Shown here one piece after another: positions 11,901 through 22,700 of a stretch of 64,000 nt of DNA; the stretch's first letter is position 1; the number at the start of each line of letters is the position of its first letter. Origin of the DNA: Perna viridis (Eukaryota). Under the pieces are notes generated by a model. It saw only the letters and a list, made by a program, of their open reading frames with translations, searched no databases and was not told the origin of the DNA. The stretch covers positions 14,942,001 through 15,006,000 of the forward strand of contig CM074517.1 in NCBI GenBank assembly GCA_037379345.1, given 5' to 3'. Position numbers and translations under genes: made by a program.

Positions 11901-14256
11901 TCTCGAAGATTGCTATCTCAGTATAATGTTCTTATAGTAGTATACATAGTAATCTTGTTGGGTAGAAAAATGTTTTACATGTAATGATATTAGTACAAAA
12001 AGTTATAAGTTTCTTTGTAGCATTCAATTCCAGATCCCCAGAGGCCACACCATTTCTTATTATTTTTTCTTTTTTTACTTGTACATTCGTGATAATTGAT
12101 GGATTACACGGATTAGACTAATAACTCTGTGTTACATAATAGTGTAACGGATATGTGGGGTGGAATTGGTAATGAAACAACGACACATTATCATGGAATT
12201 ACAACAAGAGTCTTCGACATGGATAAGGACTCACTATAAATACCAACTTCCTGTCAACCATCATACAATAGTGAACACATTTGTACAGAATATTTGTAAA
12301 ATCATTTGACCGACACCCAGTCACCAACAGAACTAAAATGAACCATTTTGAAAACTATAATATATTTTTGACTTTTTGACTTTTGCCTTTGATATTATAT
12401 TTGTAGCATGATGTTATTCATTGTCCAGCCAATTATTTACCAATGATATACAATGTATATAAATATCCATGAACATTGGTCGAAAACTACGTTAATAGTC
12501 AAATGTAAGATTTTGAAATATTGCTAAAAAGTGACAATTATACGGGAAATTGTCAAAAACAATAAACTGTGTACCTCTAGTATTAGCCTTTTCATCACGA
12601 AATGTCTGCTTTTACAATCTCCAGAGTTTTGGAGACAGGTGCCTGCTTTCAGTTGATCGGATTAATGCCTAAGAGAATTTGGCGTGCTAGTTTTGTATAT
12701 GACTGTTGTATTCCAATTAGTTATACAAAGATTGAAGATTTTGCCTGTAAATCGAAACGATATAATTCATTTTTTCTACCTGATTTTCCTTATGTCGAGT
12801 TTTATATCACTAAAGAAGAATTTTTGTTGCTTACACGAAAATTATAGAACATGTGAAGTAAAACTACAGATAGATTTCTTTAAATTAAGTCATTATAGAT
12901 CTTATAAAAAATCTGTACGCACCTCTTAGTTGAGGTGAACTTTTTTCCAATAAACTATTGCACAAAAATCGGAGATTCAAATTGAATCTAAAAGAGACAG
13001 GAGGCTATGACTAACATTTAGTCAAACTAGTAGCTTGAATTATGCAAATGAAGGAATAAACAGTCCTGTGATTAAAACTTATATATCAGAAAGACAATTA
13101 AAATATTTGGTACAAAAATGATTTACTGGAACTTTTCAAGTGCCAATAAATTACCTTAACAAGCTTGTAAACAAAATTGAAGAACTATACGATATGTACA
13201 TTTTGTACATGTATATATATACATGTACTTGGTTAATTACTTTTGAAAGAATTTGTCGAGTTAAATTCCTTTTTTTCTGGGAACGATAGAACAATTGTTT
13301 AATTGGTTTCATATAGTTAACCTTATTGGTGCTTGAACGACATTGTGAAAAAAGAACAGGGAGAAGTCACTAATTTAATTTAAATTCAAACCACGCCAGA
13401 AAAACGGCATTTCTGTATGGGATATTTGGCGAATTAAACAAGAAAATGATGATAATGTTTAGATTACATTTTATTATGCAACTCTGCCTAACCAAACATA
13501 AATTATTCAAATAGAATTTTAACTTGAATTTAAAACCTAAAGATGAATTTCAATTGTGATCAATCAAACATACCATTTTGATCATTATTTTAATCCACAT
13601 CCCATTAACGGCTTTAAACAATTGTTTGAAGAACCTTTGAACCTTTAGCGGCAATGTAACCGAGGAAATAGCATTTTTACACGAAACAATTTTTATGTTT
13701 TAACAAATAATTCACAAATTTATCAATTGTCCTAAATGGCCATTAAGATAATGTAATGTGCGTTTTTATAATGTCCTTGAAGACTAAATAGTTCAACTGG
13801 ACTTTGATCATTTAAAAATTCAATTGTAATTACTTTTTACAACCTATAAACATCCTCCTCCGAGTTATTCCATACAGCTTATACACAGAGATGTTAAGTG
13901 GGAATAAAACAGGTATAATTAGTGAGATCTTTACCACCCTTTTTTTCTTACCTAATTTGAAAAGTTCTGTCAGGAAGAAGGACATGTTCTCCTTTTAAAT
14001 GACCATTAAATTTTCTTTAAATGTAGTCAAGCAGAAAAGTGACTGACTCCTCATTTCAAGAAGCCATGATTCAAAGCATTGTATAGCTCTTCTTTTTGTT
14101 ACGTTTATCCAGTATAATTTTGTCACCTCTGTATATCATGTGTAAAATATTAATGAAGAATACGAAATATTAAGAAGAAAAATATGTAAGTTGTGAAATA
14201 AGACAATTATTATCATCATAATTATTACGACAGCAAAGAACAACAACAACACAAAC

Positions 14257-14325
<69 letters not shown>
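14257..14325. repeat. (TAA)23 microsatellite
   Basis: Perfect trinucleotide run of 69 bp. Confidence 0.98.
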
Positions 14326-14326
<1 letters not shown>

Positions 14327-15989
14327 CACAAAACCATACATAAATAGTTTCGTTACAAATAGTGTCATTTGTAAAAAAATAATACATGCTTATAATTTTG
14401 TCTTGAATAAAGACCCACTTAGATTGTTAACAATATTCTTATTATTTTTGCCTTCCTCAACTCATAATTCTGTCCGACAAAAGTTGTAAATTGTATTTCA
14501 TAACCAATTCTGTGTGATTTGTTTTATTGTGATATTATGGAATGGTGATAACAACCACTTCTCATGTATAAAAACTGACAGGCGAAAATAAGGACCACGT
14601 TACATATTGTTGTAGCTACAAGGCCAGAGGGTTATTTAATGCCTATATTTGGTCGTAAATTCCTTCAACGAGACACGAAATGTCTTGCTTTTTCAGTTTG
14701 CAGTAATTATTTCACCGTGACACAGACTTTCGACCCTCTAACTACAAACGTTTGCGTCCAATAGGACAAGAAAGTTGGATTGAGCGATTGAGGTGTCAGA
14801 CAAGGTTGCCGCCTCAGGCCTCCGCTGTTTCAAGAAATATGTAATAACTCCATCTTTTTTTTCGAAAATACAATTCAAAATTGACGTTTGATTGGGAATA
14901 TAATTATGACAGTACATTTATGTTCTTGTAATTTTATGTATAATTGAGGTTAATCTACAATTACACAATAAAAACACACTAATTTATGTTTTAACAGGAT
15001 CAGTATGATTCATAAATCTGGAAGTTTATCTACCCTAAAATGTTCCTCCAGGTAAAAAAAAAAAAAAAACTGGCATCTTTTTAGACCATTAGACAGAGAA
15101 AAACTCGTTATGTAAGAGAAATAGAAAATGAATTTGATTTGACATTTATTTCAGAAATACGACTTCAAAAATTCTGGTTGGTTATTAGCTGTTCCTTGAT
15201 AATTTTGTAGTTCAACAGGTATGAATCTGTTTTTTTTTAATGTCTGTAACAAAGACATGTGATTTTTTACTTACTTTAACGTCTCAATAGACAAACAAAA
15301 TGGCACCAAAGTTCATACCAAGGTCACTTAAATATGATTATGATGGATATAACTCCCCATTGATGGAGTCGTCTCAATAAAATAATTACATGGGGATTCT
15401 TGGATACAGCTTAATGGCGTAGTTTCATAAATATATTTTATGAATTTTAAACATAATCATCGTCAGAATGATTACAACACAAAGGTATGTACATATAGCA
15501 ACCTCACCACTCCCCCCCCCCCCAAAAAAAAAGAAAAAAAAACAAGGAAAAATCACATTAAATTGTTGAAAATTTAGCCGACAACTTCACTTAGTTCCCT
15601 GATACGTCTTACTTGGTCTTGAAGAATAGCAGAAACTTGGGACACATGCCAAAAATACACGCATATATAAAGATTGTCAACATTGTGAAAGAATTAGTTT
15701 CAATTGTTAAATCATGGGCGTCAAGGGACAGGCAGTGAAAATGCAAGGAAAAATGTGGATATTAACGACAAGGAAGACTTTTGTTATATCTTTTTAAATA
15801 GAATCAAAGCCAATGGAATTATTTTAAAGTTAAAACATATAGACACAGCCCATCGACAAAAAAATGGTATCAATTTCAGCTATACAAATATATTTACAGA
15901 CAAATCCATAAAGAAATATCAAAATACTATTTATTTATTTGGTTTTCGGTATCAAATTATCAAACAGTAATAGGCAGTTTCTGTTATAT

Positions 15990-16927
15990 TCCATTATTGT
16001 AGTGTCACAACCAAAATCAAAGAAAGTGTTTCCTATTCTTGTAGTGTCACAACCAAAATCAAAGATTGTGTTTCCTATTCTTGTAGTGTCACAACAAAAT
16101 CAAAGAAAGTGTTTCCTATTCTTGGTAGTGTCACAACCAAAACCAAAGAAAGTGTTTCCTATTCTTGTAGTGTCACAACCAAAACCAAAGAAAGTGTTTC
16201 CTATTCTTGGTAGTGTCACAACCAAAATCAAAGATTGTGTTTCCTATTCTTGTAGTGTCACAACCAAAATCAAAGAAAGTGCTTCCTATTCTTGTAGTGT
16301 CACAACCAAAACCAATCCAAAAAAAGTTTCTCCCATTCTTGTAGTGTCACAACCAAAACCAATCCAAAAAAAGTTTCTCCAATTCTTATAGTGTCACAAC
16401 CAAATCCAATCCAAAATAAGTTTCTCCCATTCTTGTAGTGTCACAACCAAAACCAATCCAAAAAAAGTTTCTCCCATTCTTGTAGTGTCACAACCAAAAC
16501 CAAAAGAAGTTTCTCCCATTCTTGTAGTGTTACAACCAAAACCAATCCAAAAAAAGTTTCCCCTATTCTTGTAGTGTCACAACCAGAACCAATCCAAAAA
16601 AAGTTTCTCCCATTATTGTAGTGTCACAACCAAAACCAATCCAAAAAAAGTTTCTCCCATTCTTGTAGTGTCACAACCAAAACCAAAAGAAGTTTCTCCC
16701 ATTCTTGTAGTGTTACAACCAAAACCAATCCAAAAAAAGTTTCCCCTATTCTTGTAGTGTCACAACCAGAACCAATCCAAAAAAAGTTTCTCCCATTATT
16801 GTAGTGTCACAACCAAAACCAAAAAAAGTTTCTCCCATTCTTGTAGTGTCACAACCAAAACCAATCCAAGAAAAGTTTCTCCCATTCTTGTAGTGTCACA
16901 TCCAAAACCAATCCAAAGAAAGTTTCT
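15990..16927. repeat. 42/47-bp minisatellite, ~21 units
   Basis: Core attcttgtagtgtcacaaccaaaa recurs from 15999 to 16890. Spacing is 42 bp in the left part and mostly 47 bp (extra aatcc) in the right part. Confidence 0.97.
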
Positions 16928-17247
16928 TGTTTTAATTTGATATGTAAAAAAAAAACATTTGAACTGATTTGTCGACTTGATGTCCATTCAGTTTCAGAAT
17001 GTCTATTTGAAATCATTTTTAAGTTGTAGTTAAGCTTAAATTATTCACATCATGGATATTACTGGATCAATATGTATATAGGTGTTCAAAGAAACCGACC
17101 ATTAGATACCAGAATAAGGCAATGCTCAGTTTTACAAGAGTATGCATGGTAGAGATTTCCAGTTTTATTACAAGGAAATGATTCTTATATTGACTATTAT
17201 AAATAAAAATTGTCAGAATGTTACGATTCTACAAGCGGTTTGTAATG

Positions 17248-17385
17248 GTGTGGTAAAATAGTATAAATTTTATTATGTTAATTTTAGTATTGGTTAAAGA
17301 AAGATAACTCATTTCTCAGGTGTGGTAAAAAAGTTCAATATATGTTTATTTTGGTCTTGGTCAAAGAAAGATAACTCATTTCTAA
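17248..17385. repeat. Local imperfect tandem duplication (~70 bp x2)
   Basis: ggtgtggtaaaa...ttggtYaaagaaagataactcatttct occurs twice in succession. Confidence 0.75.
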
Positions 17386-17410
17386 GCTGAAATCTTGATC
17401 TAAATGTGTA

Positions 17411-17685
17411 TTAAGTAGTACTCCAGCTAAGAATCACATGAAATGTGATTCATGGTTGGAAAGCCTACACCCATTTGTTTTAGATATTTTGTTTAAAATG
17501 TTAAAGTAAACAGAAATTAATTAATATGTGGCTTTTCATATAATCCTTGTTCATAGGAGATTCAAAATTAAGTGAGATAACTCTGTAAATGACAATGCAA
17601 CACAATAGAAATGGTCACACCTTTCATCATGAAGACCCACAAAACAATTTAATTACAAAAATGAAAATGTGTTGCCTTTTTTGCT
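17411..17685 (+). mobile_element. Non-autonomous DNA transposon copy, TTAA-flanked; inverted homolog of 21100-21479
   Basis: ttaagtagtactccagctaagaatcacatgaaatgtgatt is the reverse complement of ~21440-21479. Colinear inverted homology continues (aagcctaca, agtaaacagaaa, actctgtaaatgaca, aattacaaa, gccttttttg). Confidence 0.75.
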
Positions 17686-18789
17686 GCTTAATCTGTTTAC
17701 ATAAGTATGATATAAAAGAATGTTGCATTTTTTGTATTTTTGCATTTCTATTTTTCTTCATTTTTAGGAGTCCTTTTGGTGCATTAAAAACAACAAATCA
17801 TTTTATTTTTGAGTAGGCCAGAATACATATCTTTGATAGTATGTTGTATGTCAAGTATTGTATTTTATCAAATACCACGTAGTAAGGAGCACTTTTCTCT
17901 ACTTGAGTTATTCTACAATGTACAATTATTTTCTGAAATATATTGAGTCAGAAATCAGTGTGAAGATCTGTCAAACATGGATATGTAATTTTTCAAAATA
18001 TTATTTGCAGTTCGACATTTGCAGCGGATGTATATTTGTGTCGCTTCGAAATAAAGGCCATAGGTAATATGAAGAAATGATAAATCAAGTAAAACGATGA
18101 AAAATTTAAAAACTTCAACGATTAATGCGGTTCCACTTTTATTGAAAGTTTGTTTTCAAGACGGGATATCTGTACCGATCTGTCATTTGTTGTGTATGTG
18201 TACAAGAATTGTCTCCATTGTTGTACGGAGGTGTTGAGAGCTCTTTGGAAATGGCGTCTTCTGTATCCAACAACTGCAAAAAATATTGTCAACACAAACC
18301 AACAACATTCTTCAAATAAATTGATGACAATATGTAAGTTGAATGATTATTTTCTTCACATGACTAAAATGTCAGTTGGATAGTTTTATGTGTATTGAGT
18401 AAAAAATGTATTGGAAAACCCAAGTATCGACATACGAAAAGTGTAACTACAGAAAAAGAGACCGGCTCGTGTGATTCAATATAACAATTTTAACGATAAA
18501 CAGTTACCTTGAAAGAATACTTAATTGAAACATTTTTGTTATAAACGATAATATTTGGTATTATCATTATAATTCAATAGCTCACTCTTGTTGCATTAAA
18601 GTAGTGCAAAAATGCATGCACAACTAAACGATTTGCAATCAGTTGAGAATTTCATCTAATTCATTACATCATAAGATATGCCTAATAAAAGTATAATAAT
18701 TATAAAACAAACGTCAAGTGGAAAATTTGATTTCCACGCTACGATAAAAAAAACTTCTTTGAGGTGTTTTATCTCATGCGTTTGAAAAG

Positions 18790-19130
18790 TTTGGTACGGT
18801 CTGCGTTGCTAATAATTGTTTGTTTGGGGTTTTGTACAAATCTTCGTTACAGAAAGTTGAAGGTTAGGTATGAATCTGCGTTGCTGGTAGTTTGAGATTT
18901 GAGACAGATCTGCGATGCTATTAATCGTAAGTTTGGGACAGATCTGAGTTAATGATAGTTGCTGGTTTGGTACGAATCTGCGTTGCTGTTATAGTTGTTG
19001 GTTTGGGGACAGATCTGCGTTGCTTTTAGTCAAAGGTTTGTAACGGCTCGGTGTTACTGTTAGTTGTTTGTTTTGGACAGATCTGCATTGCTGTTAGTTG
19101 TTTAATTGTTAGGTGCAGATCTGCGTTCCT
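18790..19130. repeat. Degenerate ~34-bp minisatellite, ~10 copies
   Basis: Core tttgggacagatctgcgttgct recurs at about 18904, 18938, 18972, 19009, 19043 and 19077, with further degenerate copies on both sides. Confidence 0.85.
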
Positions 19131-21099
19131 GACATATTTGTTATTTTGTATAGGAAGTGAAGAACATGTACTAGCATATTACTGATAAAAACTGACCTGA
19201 ACATGTATATAACAATATAACAATACCATAAAGGTTTATCAAGATTTACAGCATAGTATACAGGAAGTACATTTATTTATATGTTTTCAGGGGAATGTTG
19301 CATGTAAATTGATACAGCCACTTCGATGAGTGAGTAGGAAGTATCGAGGCAATATTAAAGCGATCACAAAATTTTCATCAAAATGGTCATATCAAACCAT
19401 TAAGTGCAATGAAATCTATTTTTATTTTTTTTGATGTTTTAATTTGTCTTAGACCACTGTTTCCTTGAATGGAAGTTTTATGGATAGCATCTATTTATAT
19501 TACATGTATATAAACTTAAGTTGGAGCTTGAAAATCGATTTTTTTTCAGCGAACATTGATAATTCATTGTTTAGTCTTTAAAATATTTATTGCTTGAAAA
19601 TTAACTCAGTTTTATCATTATTTTCTCTATAATATTGTAGTTTATTTTTATGAAGCATACTATTACCAAACATTGTGGAGCTTAGTGTTCGAATTTTAAA
19701 CATTTATGACATCGTTGTAGTTTTAAACATCATTTTGGAAACCATTATTGTATTTTTGCATTCCCTCCGCAAAATATCACTTCTTGACGATGAATGTATA
19801 TCCTTATCGTTTTAACCGCCAACTTGCATGATATGCATTGCTGTAAAGCTCTCCACAATGTTAAGCTCCATGCCTCATTTTTTTCGGCATGATTATTGAG
19901 TCAATTTGTAGACGGCTATTATAGGAAACTCCAAAAATATATATCTATTATACGTATTGAAATCTGTTCACAAAAATGATTTACATATTGAATATCATTC
20001 AAAGCCCTACTCTCTTCCAAACCATTAATTGATTCCTGTTTATAGCTGAAAAGTACATTCTCCCTTTTAGTACTGGATAACAATGATGGTTAAATATCGT
20101 TAGATCCGATATCTTTTTAAATTATATACAGGACATTTATAAGAATATACTTTCCTTTCCTAAATTTATTTTACCAAAGCGAAAGTGAACACACATGATG
20201 ATTAAACAAAATGTAATTGAGGATTTAAGTTGGCAAGTTGAAGATGGAAGTCTATAAAGATCTGAAGTTCCTTCCTTTTTGTCTGAGTTGTAGGAGGAAT
20301 GCCAACGATGGGAAGAATGAAAGCATGAAATTCCACCTCTATTCATAACCGATCATAAGGATGGTTACACTACCCTTTCTTCCTATACAGCAATATAGAA
20401 TCTAAATGCGAGTCACTATATTCATGTCCATACTTGGCTTTAAAGGAAATAAATAAAACGTATAATTAAATACGACCTTATACAACAGGTGAGCTAGTGC
20501 AGTATAATTTATTTTGTTGACGAAACAATTAATTTCTGAACATTTTGGCTGTTTTACACAACATTTGAATGTCAACAATGATTTGGTATCATGGGTAAGA
20601 TGCGAGATACCGTTTAATGAAAGGTAGAGAGAAGTCATTAAAATCCTTTTGTTCCCGTCATCTTATTATTTCGAGGTCATTAATATGCTTAAGGATGGAG
20701 GGTTGCAGTGTCTATAGAAGGAAAAAGTTATCAAGTGCAAGTCACACGTTATTTTTTGGTCTTGCAATGACGCAATGGAAGGTATGAAACATATCCTTAT
20801 TAATTAGCAAAAAGATTTGGAGAGACAGAGTAGACATGAGTATAAGATCGTGAAGATGTAATTTCGTAGACCGGTCACAAAGAATGAAGATTTTTCGTGT
20901 ATTTGAGACCACACAAAAGAATCGCATTATCTTGTAAAACACCAATCAAACATGGACTTTGTGTCTCTAATGCTACGCGCTTTTAACAGAAGAAATAAAA
21001 CAAGAACCCCCAAAATGTTTCAAGGTTATTCAAAATAGTACATACCAAGCACTTATTAATTAGACCAATTAATAACAGTTTTGGCAAACAATTTTATAC

Positions 21100-21479
21100 T
21101 TAAGTAGCTGTCTTTGTAAGAATCATTCAAAATCTGAAAAATGTGAGACACCCCAAAAAAGGCTACATATTTTTGTTTGTAATTAAGTTGTTTTATGAGT
21201 CAATACTATGAAATGTGTAATTATTCATTTAAATCTGCCTGCTCTTAGGAGATAATCAACATTGAAAATCCAATAGATTCTATTGTATTTGAGTGTCATT
21301 TACAGAGTAGTTTCCCTTAATTTTCAAATCTACAGTGCATTCTTTATAGGGTTATATGAAAAACTAAACGTGAGTTTCTGTTTACTATTGCAATTCAAAC
21401 AAAATATAAAAAATAAAAATATGTAGGCTTTTTACCCATAATCACATTTTGCATGATTCTTAGCTGGAGTGCTACTTAG
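21100..21479 (-). mobile_element. MITE-like element with imperfect terminal inverted repeats and TTAA-like ends
   Basis: Left end ttaagtagc...taagaatca, right end tgattctta...gctacttag. Homologous in inverted orientation to 17411-17685. Confidence 0.7.
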
Positions 21480-21711
21480 TTGGAAAAATATGTTAAATGT
21501 ATAGTTAGTCATACCAAGGGTAACTTCATTTTCATATTATATCGAATCAGGGTCTAAGGGTTAAGAAATGGGAATCGTCATATTTGAAACGAAGATTAGT
21601 ATGTGGTACCGTGGATGAGACTTCTTTCCTTCCGCTGTAACTTTCTAGAGGCGCAAGCGCAACCCTGGTATTACTGACAAGAAGAGAGTCCAAAAGGATC
21701 AACTAAATCTT

Positions 21712-22700
21712 ATGGAAAAAAGAACATCTTCCTGTGATAAAAACCCAAAAGATATTCCTATTTGTAATATTTTTGAATACATGAGTATACTGTGACTATT
21801 GCAAGGTTGTAGCTATTGAGAAAAACAGTCAAGCAATTCATTTCCCCCGAAATAAGGTTTCATTTAAAGTATTTCATATCTCTAATTGTATAAGCCAGGT
21901 CATTTCCAACATCTATCCCAAAACAGAGCTACTATAGGATAGATTACCTCCAAATATCAGGTACATATATACCACCATGACAAGACACTGTGGTATGTTG
22001 TACATAGCTTGTCTGCGGTTTTAGATTTCAGCTTTGAAAATTCATGATAACTTTGCCTTTTATCCATATTGATTTTTGCCCTGTATTGAGAAATGAAGAT
22101 ATTAATGGCAAATTTAATGGTGTTGGTCAAACGATCTATGGGTCGAATTGCTCATATTATTCAATGCGGATTACCAATAGACATAAAGGATATTTGGTAC
22201 TATCAAAAGAACCGGAAACAATTGAAAACGTTTATATCAAATTTTTATCTTTTTTATAAGTTTACTTTACATCAGACTGGTTTTAATTTCGTTTGTCGAC
22301 CAAATATACGAGTCGATTTAGCAATATCTGTCTGGTTGTCCAGTAAATTGATATCAAATAGCAGTTCAAATAAATCTCAAGTGGAATCTGCATTCCAGAG
22401 ATCTTGTTCGTTTCCGTAACCAGCAACGGTCCAAACATCAAAGGGACCATTTTCAATACTATCTTGATCGCAAAGACGTTTTAAATCCATGAGATGAAAA
22501 AGAAAATAGACCGATTACCTGACAGAATTCAATATCAGTACGTTGGTGTGTATATTCTGTCAGTAGTAGTTAATAAATGGGTATTTAGGTGTTATTTTGA
22601 TTCACTTAGGCCTGTCCATATTTCACAGAAGACGTTTAATTTTCGTTCGTGCTTCTCTGTTGACAATTTGACCTTATTCGAGTTGTTTAAAATCTCTTAG
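21712..22700 (+). pseudogene. Possible heavily decayed Mab-21/cGAS-like receptor (nucleotidyltransferase) pseudogene
   Basis: Degenerate motifs appear in the expected order across stops and frameshifts: TSSCDKNPKDIPICNIFEYMSIL, AVLDFSF, IHIDFCPVLR, GYLVLSK, KTF*IHEMKKKIDRLP, SQKTFNF. Recognised by eye only. Confidence 0.25.

Noticed and set aside
15939-16987. 150-aa and 63-aa repetitive ORFs, or a CRISPR array
   Set aside because: The ORFs arise from the 42-bp unit being a multiple of 3. Units are contiguous with no unique spacers, there are no cas genes, and the context is animal DNA.
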